Assembly: GCA_013265495.1 (NCBI GenBank)
Contig: MU059756.1
Location: forward strand, 18,070,295-18,134,294
DNA: 64,000 nucleotides
From: Vicugna vicugna
Lineage: Eukaryota
Reading direction: 5' to 3'
Below the pieces are notes generated by a model. That model saw nothing but the letters and a program-made list of their open reading frames with translations. It made no database searches and was not told where the DNA came from. This document shows, piece by piece, positions 52,651 to 64,000 of this stretch. Position numbers and translations under genes: made by a program. Positions within the stretch are counted from its first letter, which is position 1. Every line of letters starts with the position of its first letter.

Positions 52651-52989
52651 TACATAGCTACTGATTATAGCTATGAAAAATGCATGTATGTATCCACTGA
52701 AAAGATTAAAGTATATGCAGAGTGATATAAATTATTAAAATTTAGTATGTGTTAATGTTTTTGTTTAAAGTTTATTCATTTAATAAGCATATACACAATA
52801 AAACTACATGGTAGTCTAAAACAGCTTCCTTAGAACAGACCAGCAAGTTCTTACAACTTTCCCCAGCAGTGCTTCTCCAAGACATCCTGTCATACCAGTC
52901 CCTGACGATCCACCTTTTAATCTACAATCAGAAAACTGTTCTTGAGTCCCTATTGTTGTAATCAACTGTATTTGGCATCGTAGAGTATG

Positions 52990-53240
52990 ACAAAATGGTT
53001 AAGTATGTGGATTCTGGAATCACACTCTCTAGGTTCCAATCTTGGCTCTATCTTCCAACTTTTGTCATTTTGAGCAAGTGACTCAACCTTTCTGTGGTTC
53101 AGATTCTTTATTTGTAAAATGGAGATCACGTTAGTACCTACCCTGGAGGATTATTGCTAATGTTAAATGGCAAAATGCATTCAAAGCAATTAGCACAGTG
53201 CCTGTCCCATAATAAGCCCTCGGAACAGTCACCTATTATT
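52990..53240 (+). mobile_element. Near full-length MIR SINE
   Basis: 'atggttaagtatgtggattctggaatca...gagcaagtgactcaacctttctgtggttcagattctttatttgtaaaatggagat...gcacagtgcctg'. Confidence 0.85.
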
Positions 53241-54046
53241 AGACACCAAGAAAAGATCACTCACAGAGAACATGTCAATGCCAAGTGCTAGGTAACTGGT
53301 AGAAACAATCAGCATACCTAGGAATTACACCGCAGGAGATGCCAAGAGGAAGCTGGTCCTAGAAGGGAAGGAATCTGAACCGGGTTAAAAGGGATGAATG
53401 GGTGGGATTTTGACGATGAAAATAAGGTAGCAACTGCTACACGTTTTAGGGTGTGCTTCTTTTGTTCTCTTAGCTTATAGCTTCTGGAGCAGCTGCAGCA
53501 AGATGTAGGGCATTGCCCACCCACAGTCCCCACGCGTAGAAGCTGCTCTAAAACAACTGGCTCCCACCTTTTCGGCTTCAAGTCACAGTATCCCGAGAAA
53601 GAGAGCTGGTACACCAGCTCATACAGGGCTCCTACTCAGTCCTTAATGATGCTCATTTGGAACTGGTTTTTATTACTCACTGTTGCGGTTTTATCAGCTT
53701 ATTCCAAAACAAGGATTTTTTGCTCTTTTAATCTGTGCATTTCAACTTTTCCACCACCTTTTTTAGGGTCCTCTTTCAGAAATGATTGACAATAAACGGG
53801 GGAAACGGTGGAAAGGACTCAAAAGATTTTACTTTGTTTTTTTAATGCTTTCAAAGAAAAAAATATGAACAGGTTTTCTCACCATTCAACTCAGGTTCAG
53901 AGAGCAGACACTTCTGAGACCCAACATCAGAGGGTAATTATAATTGCTCTTTGATGCTCTTCAGTAGACAGAAGAGTGGCAAACCTGAGCCTTCTCAGTG
54001 CCCCGTCTGCTTGCCCACAGAGAAAAGAAGGAAGGAAAATAGGAAG

Positions 54047-54104
54047 GAAGGGAGAAAGGCACCAAGCGGTGCAAAGAAGGGAGAAAGGCACCAAGGGGTG
54101 GAAG
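54047..54104. repeat. 29-bp tandem duplication, two copies (gaagggagaaaggcaccaagcggtgcaaa / gaagggagaaaggcaccaaggggtggaag)
   Basis: Read directly; the first 20 nt are identical. Confidence 0.9.
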
Positions 54105-54656
54105 GAAGGAAGTCCACAATCTGAATATAGGTTGATCATTTCATTTTACCTTTACGGAGTGCCAACAAATTGTCCAACATACTAACATGAGTTCAGGGCT
54201 TCCCAAAGATTGTTCTGTAAAGCACTGGTGAGCTCTGTGAGAGGCTATAATAAACCAAAGGGAGGGGTCTGCAATGGAATGTTTGAGACATAATGTCCAG
54301 CCTCCTTCATCTCAGAGATTCATAATGCACATCTGCTTATTTATGGTTTTGAGAAATCCTGCAATAAAGGAAGCTGCTCAGCTTTATTTAACTGAGAGTT
54401 TCTCAGATTTATTCTGCCGGGAGACTTCTTTGCATACAACACCTACTGACCATTGCTCAGAACTCGAGGACTATGGAATACAATATGAAAATGCTCAAGT
54501 AATATTTCTTTACTGATACTTGTCTTATTTTGCTTACATTCTGGCAAAGATTTCCAAAAACAAACCAGCATTTTAAAAATTACTGCATAAACAAATTTTA
54601 ATCCCCTAGAAGAATTCTACCATCCTAACAAATCAGCTGTTTAAAATTTGGCAGTC

Positions 54657-54927
54657 TTCACAGACATAGAAAACAAACTTATGGTTACCAAAGGGGAAGG
54701 GGGAATGAGATAAACTGGGAGTATGGGATTAACAGGTACATACTACTACATATAAAATCGATAAACAACAAGGATTTACTGCATAGCACAGGGAACTATA
54801 TTCAATATCTTACAATAAACTATAATGGAAAAGAACAAAAAACACATCTATGAAACAAATCACTTTGCTGTACACCTGAAACGAACACAATATTGTACAT
54901 CAGCTATACTTCAATCAAAAATAAATA
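54657..54927 (+). mobile_element. 5'-truncated cetartiodactyl-type L1 with target-site duplication
   Basis: 'cacagacatagaaaacaaacttatggttaccaaagggg...gcatagcacagggaactatattcaatatc'. TT|AAAA site, with TSD aaaatttggcagtc (54643-54656) matching aaaacttgcagcc (54928-54940). Confidence 0.9.
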
Positions 54928-56174
54928 AAAACTTGCAGCCCTCCCTTCTACAACATCACTCTCAGTATTATTTCCTTTTTCTACATAAAAACTAAAAAGT
55001 ACTGCCTTCCCATTGGCCAGTCCACAAAGCCCAAGGCTTTTTTTTTTGAATGAATCTGCATTTGGATATTTCTCCTTTTCTTTTTAATTCTCACCCTCTT
55101 CTATGAACAGGAACAAGGTTTTAGGGGAGAAAGATGAATGGAAGATGCACCCCACGCTTTGAAATTTGGGGATCACTTTGTTGAGATGTGGGCAAAATAT
55201 AAAGAACAAAAATATATGAAGAAAAAGTCTGGCTTTCCATGGACTTAACCATGTCTGTTGCAATCTTACCCACTGTCACCTCTCACCCCAGTTCATTTAT
55301 TTCTGTTGAAAGCCTTCAGCTCTGATCAAAATCTCACAAGCTGTATATTTGCTTTGATAGGCTTGAAGGAAAGAACCCCACACATATGACATCTCCATAT
55401 GTGATAACACATTGAGGTTATTGGACCTGTTCCCAGGAAGAGTTTATGCTTGTCTGTGTGATTGATTAGATGTAATTTTCTTTCTTAAACAGCTAAGTGT
55501 AATTAAGAGGTCTCTGATGACGATCTTAGGTGTAGCTCAGGTAGAGAACAAATCCTGTGAGTAAATCCTACCACCCTGCAAAGCTCACACAGGAAAGATG
55601 GAGCAGAGGGGATGCTTCTCCAGGGCTCCCACTGTGCTAGGACGTCCCAAGGACGATGGAAATACACTCTACTGATGGCACTGCATGGGGTGGATTATCT
55701 TCTGCTTTGACTATCTCCAGGGCTCCTCCTAGCGCCTTCCTAAGTTTAGATAAAAGTTACACGAGGTTAACTTATGACCTGACTGAGGCAACACTTCAGC
55801 TAAAAATAGAGCTCCAGGACTTTAGGTTTGGGGTAAAATGAAAACAGCAGATGAGCTCACGGAGGCTACAGTCAGAAAGCTGTGTTCACTTAGACCTGCA
55901 ACCTCCTCCTGGACAGCTAGCCCTGGATGTCCAGTGGTCCAAGAAGCCCAAGCTCAACACAGCACGTTCCTGTTCTGGCCCTTGGTAAGTGGTACTCCCA
56001 TTCCTCAAATTTACCTGACCAGAAACCTAGAAATCACCCCCGGAAACTCCCTCTCCCTTAGCCAAAGGGCAAGATCACCAACTTCTGCTGCTTCTATTAG
56101 GTTGAACCATACGAAATCACCACTATTTCATCTCCCCCTCCCCTTGCCAAATAGCAATCTCACATGGGTCAACC

Positions 56175-56915
56175 TGAAATGGAGCAGGACTCGATGCGGC
56201 CTTCTCAGGATAGACCTGCCCCACCCTCCAGCCCTGCCATGGCCTCCACCTGCCTGTTGTCTGTAGAAAAACTTTAGTCAAAGAATAAGTTTAGAAGGGA
56301 AAAAATGCAAAAGCAAAGGAAAGCAGTCAAACAAGACCAAATAATAGTAGTTTAGTCATCAAAGTCAAGGACCTTTAGTTCCTCCTCAAGGGCTATAGAT
56401 AATACTCTGAGCCGTATCCTTTGAGCTGCCCTGTAGGTACCGAAACCCCACCAGGTGGAAGAAGTTAACTACACGATGACCAGACCGTGGCCACAACATA
56501 AGCTGCCACAATTCCGAGAACTGGCCTCATAGAAATGGGAACAAACTGACCCTGAAACGGAAGATTATCTGTACTTAAAACAATCAAGATGATGCTGACC
56601 AGACCACTGCATGACTAATGTGCAAGACGACTGTCAGAGCTGACTGTGCTGATCAGCATGTAGCTGCTCCTTCTGTCTATACACCCTGAAACTCCCCTTT
56701 AAAAGCTCATGCCCATTGATCGGTGCAGGGGGAGGCAGCGGTTGAGGGTGGAGCTGGTGGGAATTGATCTTTGGACAAGAGTTCCCCTCCTCCCTGCTTC
56801 CTTTGCTCCTGGATGCTCCTCTGCAGAATACAGCAAACTTTCCTTTCTACTCACATGTGCCTCTCTTTGTATTGGCTTTCAAATAGCAAGCAGCTGGACC
56901 TGTGTTTCGGTAACA
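56175..56915 (+). mobile_element. ERV1-class solo LTR (741 bp), antisense to FRAS1, inserted in an L2
   Basis: TG...CA termini ('tgaaatggagcagg' ... 'tcggtaaca') and a 4-bp near-TSD AACC/AATC. TATA-like tttaaaa at about 56698 and a degenerate poly(A) signal AATACA at about 56828. The subfamily was not identified. Confidence 0.8.
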
Positions 56916-58799
56916 AATCTGATACATAATGAATACTTAGTGAAGCCATGCCCCCCTCTCTGCATCCCCTCAGCAGTTTCCTTATCAAAGGGCTTCATCT
57001 TTCATCTGGACACCGACAACCCCCTCCTAAAGGTCTTTCTGCCCCCAGTCTTGTCTTCTTCTGCCCAGTCTTCCACAGATCTTTTTGCAGAAATGTCATC
57101 ATGATGCTTTTCTCTTTAAAAACCTTCAAGAGATGCCTACAGCCTGGATAACAAAGCATGCTCTCCTAAACAGAGCATACAAAGGCCTTCATGACCTGCC
57201 CCTCTTCCTTCTGCTTCAGGTCCCAGCGCTCCCAGACTAGGGCTGCCTTCTACTTAACTCTTCGCCAGTGCCTGAGCAGAAAATATTCTTTGGCTTGTTT
57301 TCTGGAATGCTCTCACCTCTAAATTTCCAAACCCCTCTAACTCTTCCCTGTGTTTCCAAATCATCCCAGTTATGACCTGTTCCAGAAAGCCTTCACTACC
57401 CACTAAACACACACACATACATGTTCTATCTAGCCTGGGTTAGGGTGCTGTCCCACAGGCTCATCTCATATCCACAGCAATATCATACCCAACACATACC
57501 TCCTTCCTTTACTGCATGATACATTTTTTGAATGCAAGCACTGTATCTTATTTCTCCGGGCATTCCCAGAGACTAGCACAGGGCCTAGTATGAAGTGTGT
57601 GCCTAATAAATGTTTGATGAAGCCATAAATGAATGAATGCATTACAGTGCTACAAAGAGAATTGGGAGGGGTTTGGAAAGGGCATATATTTATTGAAAAA
57701 GTAAACTTTGAGTCAGTGCACTTCTCTGAAAGATCAACAACTGAAATGATTGGCCAAATTTTTCTGTAACAAATATTGATACACCATTCTCCAGTCAATG
57801 AAGGATTTCCAAGCACCGGACAATGGGTTACCTTACTTAAAGCCTTCATTTAATATACCTAATCTCAGGACAGCCAACGTTTGTCCCTTCTAGCTTATTT
57901 TAGTGAGACTTGCTCTTCTAGGACTGGGGACTTGTCAATTAGCCTAGTCCCATGATTCTTTATTCCAGTGATCTCTTATAAGCCTTAAAAATTAATGCAA
58001 CTCCTAATCACCTAATTTACCATCAAAGAGGGCTCTGGACATTGGAGAGAACAGAGCTGATTAAAAATTAAATTTTTCCAATCTCCTTATATAAACATTT
58101 ATTTATAAAATCTGCCCCAGCATAAAATTTTTAGGGTCCACTTACAGAATATGTTGGAAATAGAAAAGCCATTATGAAGGATCAACTTTCTAATGCCCCT
58201 CTAACTGTAATCTCTCCTGACTCCAATCCATCTTCCACGCAGCTTGCAGATTTCCTGCTTGTGACATAGTCTTAGTCAATCACAGTTCTCCCCAAAACTC
58301 TCATGGCCCTATTGGCCACAAGATTCAGTCCAGAGTTTTCAACCCAGAACTTTGGGTTCCCTATACCCTGATTCCAATCATTTCATCTAATATGCCTTAA
58401 TTCAAACCATGCCTTCAGCCAAACCATGCCCTTGGACCACTCTCACTAGCCATGAATGGCCCACGTGTTCTCCCCCTGGGTCTGTCTCCTGCTAGAATCC
58501 ACCTGACCTCTCTAACAGAATCCTAGCTATTCTTCAGGAAAAACTTTAGGTCCCACCTCCTCCACAACACTTTCCATACCTTTCACTTCTCCCTCCTCTG
58601 AACTCCTGCAGCCCATGCGGACTGTTGGTGTTATTATCCATAACTTGCTTTGTACTATTTATTAACTGCACTTGTGTCTTTGGTTCACCTCCTTAAGTAG
58701 AAGGAAACTCTGTGTCCCCTTCAAACAGCAACTCAGCACCTGTACTCAGTCGGTTCTCAATATATACCCACTAATGAGCTCTAACCACGTCAGGAACCT

Positions 58800-59460
58800 T
58801 AGTTCTCACTGCAGCTGCTCCTTCGTATCCTAAAGTAAGAATGAGCAGCGGAGCTCAAGCTTAGCAACTATTCACCAGTCAGACCCTGCCACTGCCGGAT
58901 TCCCCTTCAAGAGTAGGTGCTAACGCCTCCCATTTGCCCACTTCCCCGGTCAGTTCTGACTACAACTGGCGGGACTAGCGATCGGCTCACACCCTACAGC
59001 TGTCGGGTATCTCATTAGTCTGGACTCTCCAAGCTTCTACTTTCCATTGTTCCTAAAATGCTTTGCGGTCTCTATGATTTGGTTTTGTCCTGAATCCCAG
59101 CATTTTTTGGCTGCAGCCCTGCTCTCGACAGTTCAGCTTCCTAGAGTATAGACCTGGGACCCCAATGTCTAGTCTCCAGCTAAGGTCATGTGCGAAAAGA
59201 ATGGATCACCCAGACCATGGTGCCCCAGCTACACCTGAAGCGCTACCATTGGCTTGCTGTGCCCACACCCACCAAACTGGATGGCTGAGACAGCAGTGTT
59301 GGCCCAGATGGCATGTGCCTGCTGGATACTATGATCTAGACAACTGGCCACACCTCCTCCCTACAGCCAGGTCATCCCTCTAGCATGCATCTAACCAGAT
59401 CCAGCCAGATTCCCAGCTCTCCCTCTTGCCTCCCAGTCAAGCCCTTCAGAGCTGTGACAA
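58800..59460. mobile_element. Possible ancient ERVL-type LTR
   Basis: Ends 'ctcttgcctcccagtcaagcccttcagagctgtgaca', which recalls LTR16/LTR33-type ends. The 5' boundary is unclear. Confidence 0.3.
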
Positions 59461-60222
59461 CAGCTTCTCCAGGCAAAGCTCTTCAAGTTTCTCCTACAAT
59501 TTGGAGAAGTGGGTAGGGGTATATAATAACCCACTAGATTGTCAGCTCCTCTCTCCAGACTGTAAGCTTTTTAAGGGCAGAGTCATTGTTTTATTTGTCA
59601 CTATTTTTTTTTTTTGTATTACGAGCATCTGACCATTAGCAGACACTCAAAGATACCTGTTGCATGAATAGATGGCTGAAGACAAACACTGCATGGCTCC
59701 TTCATCATCTTCCAAATTCCAGGCTATTTTCCTAATTCATTTCTTTTTGAGATCTGAGTTCTAAACTGAGGAGGAAAAAGCCCATCTCCTGAAGCCACTG
59801 ATCTACTTCTCGGTAAACCTCCCTAAATGTTTGTGCCTGGTACTGATGTCAAAGGTTCTCCACCACAGGAGACAGTCTTCAGAGTGACTCTTTTGAAAAT
59901 ACTTCTTGTTGTCTTCAGCTGAAGGACACCACAGGGCCAGAAGGCACTGTTATCACGACTTTAATCTCCACTAATATGAGGTTCTAAGTCTTTTCAGGAA
60001 TTGCAAGAGTGTTATTAGAAGATTCTACTTGAAACCACACATATTTACTAAATATCTGATAGGAAGCAGTGAAGCGAATTTCCAGGCAGGAGACCAATGA
60101 CTCCCACAAGAGAGCTCTTAATCTGATGACAAAGGACAAGCACAGGAGCCCTCAGAGGCCGGGCAAGAAGAACGTGAGCGGATGGCGGTTGATTCCTGAG
60201 ACTGAGAAGGGGTCACACTCAC

Positions 60223-60366
60223 CGGCACAGTAGCCCACGAGGTTGAGGAACTGCTCCTCCTGACAGCTGGTCCTGCAGCTCCCGCCGGCCAGAGTGCCGT
60301 GAGGGTGGCAGGAGATGCAGTCAGATCCCGACGGGCCGTGGCACTGCCTGCAGGTTGGGTAGCATT
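60223..60366 (-). CDS. FRAS1: FRAS1 exon ~20, FU repeat (E)CYPTCRQCHGPSGSDCISCHPHGTLAGGSCRTSCQEEQFLNLVGYCA
   Basis: Acceptor ccccag|AA, donor GCCG|gtgagt; 144 nt, phase 1-1, 8 Cys. Not shown in the ORF track; translated by hand. Confidence 0.95.
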
Positions 60367-62672
60367 CTGGGGGGCAAAACGAGAACCAAGATTGGAATTA
60401 GCAGCTCAGCATGTAAATACATGAAGTGTTTCATTGACTCCACAGATTACTTTAAGAGCAGACTTCAAACACTCATCATCTTTTGAAGACTCCTGAGTAA
60501 GCCTGACATAGCCTTAGGCCTGACTGCAGGACGGCCTCTCTGATGTTAGTGAAAACACGGTCCAGAACAGAACATGGAAGCTAGAAGCATCAGAATTAGA
60601 GGAACCGACTGCATGGGCTGACCATCCCCACCTATGCAAGTAAGGAAGTTCACATCAAAATCACAGAGCAGAAGAGCACGTGGTAGGGCTCTCCCTCTCT
60701 AAAATACAGCGATTCCAAGAGCGGGACAGGGAGACGGGGGAGATGCTTTGCTTCTCAGAAATTCCTGGCAGGCCCAGGGGGAACCGGACACAGCAGAGGA
60801 AATGGAAACTTCTCGCTAGAGTCAGATGCCAGCAGGGCTCTCCCTGAGGCCACAACTTGGATGCTGGTTTTAGCAGCGACACTTAATTAAAATACAAAGA
60901 ACCGAAAAAGCCCTCCTTCTGGAGGTTATCAGGAGCTGTGTTTGAAATTCAATTCCTTAGACAACACTGCATCCAAGCTATGTTTTCCCCCAGAAAAACG
61001 ACCAAATTACTCAGAAGTCCTACACTGAAATGAGCCGTGAGTCACAGTGGGGGCAGGCGAGAAAGACAAGGGTGGACGGCAGAGAGGAACGGGAGGCTAT
61101 GGCTGCAGCGACACTTGTGCCGCCGGGCAGGAGGCAGCGGCAGGCGCAGGGAAGGAGATTTAAGGATTTCTCTGCCAAGGATGACGAGGTCTAAGCATGT
61201 CTGATTCCATGAGGAGGGGAAGGGAGGGACCAGAGCTGGGTAGAGCTTGCTGGCAAGAACTGATGACAAAGAATTCCCTTCTGGCACAGAGCTGGTGGGA
61301 AGGAAAGGCAGGATTTCGAGTAAAGTCAACTGCTTCTCACTTCTGCTGGCGGGAGGCCAAGAGAAGATAAGGCGTTATATTAAAAAAAAAAAAAGAGAGA
61401 GAGCAAGAAAGTGAACTGATTAGAAGGCTAGCAGGAACCCCTCCTACGTTCCTGAGGCTCTTAACTTTGCAAACGCCTGTCCAAAAGATACTGGCATCCT
61501 CGGGATGGTCCCACCGCCCAGTGCTTTCCTCCCTGCCAGAATATTTCCAGTGACCTTGGCGCCCTGCCGCTTGAGGTACCACCCATCTGCTGGCTTCACA
61601 AAGGTAGAGGCATGGACAGAGGAGAGTCAGAGCTTACTCAGACTTTTCTCCCTGAAACAGTTTTCCATACACAAAAACCAACTGGGGGAGGGTGAGAGCA
61701 CATACGACAGAGCCCTGTTTTCCAGGACAACCCCAGTGACAGAGAAACCAGGAATGCTCCCCACTGAGCTTGAGTGAGTGTTTCAAGTAAAGCAACCCAT
61801 GAGGGACCTACAGAGATTAAAAGGCCACTTGGAAGAAGAAAATTCCAGGAAAAATATAATATTGCTCTTCCATTGCCCAAATTTGTGTTCACGTTAAATT
61901 CCCTCTTTGGAGTTTGAGGCTAGATGAATCTAACAAGTCTTCATTCATTTCAAAAATAGTTTCTACATTTATGACATGTTTTCCAACTCCAGAAATACAT
62001 GTCAAACCATTTCTTAACAAGGGGCTTCTTCCTATAAGCTGGCCTCAACAGTCTGTTTTTAGAAACAAAACCATGATCATGATAGACTGTGTTTTGTCTT
62101 TTCCTTTTTTTCTGTAGATATGAGAAAACACAGTGCTACAATGACGTGCTCAAATTTTAGTCTTTTGTCAATTCCAATAAAACCCTGTACTAATCTGAAC
62201 TAGTAATTTCTAGAATCTCTGTCACTGAACTACAAAGGTGCTCTTAAAAACATACTGGACTGACATGTCAAGGAAAGGAAGAAATACCTCTCTCTCCTTT
62301 TGCTCTATTGGGCTGTACCCAGGGGAAGTGGGGCTGAGAATGGCAGAGGCCACGCCAGATGCCTGATCCCTCACAAATACACTAGGCCCTGCAGTAGCTC
62401 AGCTGCGTGACGATCACCGTCAAATCCGTCCTGCGCTGTACACGTAGTTCAAGCCGATTCTAACTTTTCACTTCATCCATACTGCCATATCGGAAGAACA
62501 GAATTTCACTTGCTCCCTCACTCTGTCCTTTTACTTCTACAAGTTCAAGACAAGGATTTACAGCCCAGCCCTAGACCGCTGGTATGACAGGGTTTCTAAT
62601 TACGGAGGCTGGCTGCATTATGAAGACAAAACACGGGCACAGGGCATGTGCGCTGGCGCATTACACACTCAC

Positions 62673-62813
62673 CTGTACAACTGCCTTCCTGGTTAAAGTA
62701 TCCATCTGGGCACTGGGGGAGGCACTGCCCATCCAACAGCACATGGGAAGACCTGCAGGCCGTGCAGTTATGGGAGCTCTTCCCTACACACCCCAAACAG
62801 GATTGGTGGCACT
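62673..62813 (-). CDS. FRAS1: FRAS1 exon ~19, FU repeat (E)CHQSCLGCVGKSSHNCTACRSSHVLLDGQCLPQCPDGYFNQEGSCT
   Basis: Acceptor cttccag|AG, donor ACAG|gtgagt; 141 nt, phase 1-1, 8 Cys, N-C-T sequon. Confidence 0.95.
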
Positions 62814-64000
62814 CTGGAAGAAAGAGAAAGCAGAGGGCACAATCAGGAAAGCCACCATTCAACAACTGCAGTAGCTCCATTTCTCCCGTGGACATTCCCG
62901 CATGGGCGTAAGTTCTGCACATTTGCTCAGTTTTCCCAAGGCCAGGGCACACATCTCACATACTTCTCCCTCAAGGACATGTCCTACACAGCAGGCATCT
63001 GCAGAACCCAGATTAAGTAAGGCATAAATGCTGCAAAACAGAAATAATCCTTTGCAGAATCATCCATTTCTTTCTTCCCATGTTCCCATTCTCGGAGAAT
63101 GTCAAATAAAGAACAAGAAGCCATAAAACAGGTCTCTTTCCCTCAAGAGAGCCACCCCCCCACCATCACGGTCGATGTGCGCTGATCAGGCTGCTCAGGT
63201 TAAAGAGAAAGGTGATGGAAGCCCTATTTATTGATTCCACAAAGGTTTATACGGTGCCCACTCTCTGATGGAGACCGGACATACACAGGTGAGAACTGTC
63301 GAACATTTTGAGCTTCTCAAATTAGCTGCATCCACAGACACACAAGCAAGGGTAACAAACTACCTTTCCAATGGCAACTGTCTCCTGATCTGTTGGCTTC
63401 ACCACACTTGAATAATCTTAACACCTACCATTTGAAATAGCCAGTCATTCACCTCCATTCATTCATTCCTTCATATGTTACTGAGCCTCAGGTAGGTCTA
63501 GGTGCTGCGGAAACAACCATGAGCAAGACAATGACCTGGTTCGTACCCATGTGGATGACCCCATGCATTTCAGGCCACCTTCTGTCCAATGCACAAGCTC
63601 CACTGACCGCAGAGGCACCACTCTCAGCCTCCTCTTCCCTTCCTCTGACCCTTCCATCAAATACCCAGAGGACTTAGAGACCAGCAGCTTAGAAGAACCA
63701 GATGGGATTTTCCATCACTGAGGTCTCCATTTCCACCAACCCTCAACAGAAATGTAAATTTCAACCTGGGATTTATGTGGGGCTGACATAAGCTAGGATG
63801 TCCTGCTCCAGCAGTACTGGTTGTTGAAGTACTGGTTAAACTCCTGGTATATAGCTGGTGTCTGACTGCTGTCCCAAACTCTCCCTGCAGCCCTGGCTGC
63901 ACCCTAGTACCCTGCCTTATCCATAACCCAGCACCTAAAGGTTTAACACCTCTACCAGGAAGCCTCCAGGACCCTGCTCCTGAGCTAAGGCCAGTACCCA

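Larger units (their letters stand above)
1..64000 (-). other. FRAS1: FRAS1 gene body (internal portion, about exons 19-32 by human numbering); both gene ends lie outside the window
   Basis: 14 minus-strand exons splice into one 2288-nt frame encoding 8 FU repeats then CSPG repeats. The peptides match human FRAS1 as I recall it (e.g. EVVLLVNMPADSPADEGQHLPDGRTATPTSTFTQQDINEGIVWYRHSG). Exon numbering is from memory. Confidence 0.97.

Noticed and set aside
62408-62422. Inverted CRE half-sites TGACG-N5-CGTCA
   Set aside because: The spacing is non-canonical for CREB/ATF, and there is a single instance with no other support.
60150-62672. Read-through of exons 19 and 20 gives 'GEC...', resembling the start of another FU repeat
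   Set aside because: A phase-1 G|GTGAGT donor automatically encodes G-E-(C). The Cys pattern does not continue, and stops follow within about 25 codons.
18031-62984. p53/p63 half-sites (GAACATGTTT at about 18031, GGGCATGTTT at 47460, GGACATGTCC at 62975)
   Set aside because: Each is an isolated decamer without an acceptable adjacent half-site. This number is expected by chance in 64 kb.
645-63902. Most ORFs in the six-frame track, including the X-filled ones and + strand ORFs such as 32035..32496, 41184..41693 and 55838..56266
   Set aside because: They are antisense shadows of GC-rich exons, repeat-derived, or artefacts of N-runs. They show no recognisable domains or splice logic.
1-64000. 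CRISPR arrays, rRNA, tRNA, U6/7SL copies, processed pseudogenes and prokaryotic-type systems
   Set aside because: None was recognised by eye. The sequence is eukaryotic intron and exon DNA throughout. A small ncRNA could be missed without an Rfam or tRNAscan search.

Overview
This is mammalian genomic DNA lying entirely inside one large minus-strand gene, FRAS1 (Fraser extracellular matrix complex subunit 1). I mapped 14 consecutive coding exons by hand. All have canonical AG/GT boundaries and compatible phases, and together they give a 2288-nt open frame with no stops. Eight exons each encode one furin-like (FU) cysteine repeat, and six encode the first CSPG/NG2-type repeats. By my recollection of the human CDS these are exons 19-32. 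The introns hold old eutherian repeats (MIR, L2, L3/CR1, MER5, Tigger MITEs, MLT1A, L1 3' ends), an ERV1-type solo LTR and microsatellites. Seven N-runs all fall inside repeats. L1 3' ends of cetartiodactyl type with no order-specific SINE suggest a camelid-like host (inference). I did not find a convincing new biological system. The best leads are modest and testable: a divergent CpG-rich exon 32 with an XBBXBX motif and an AG|GT recursive-splice-like acceptor, an in-frame-skippable FU exon cassette, and several candidate intronic regulatory or structural elements.
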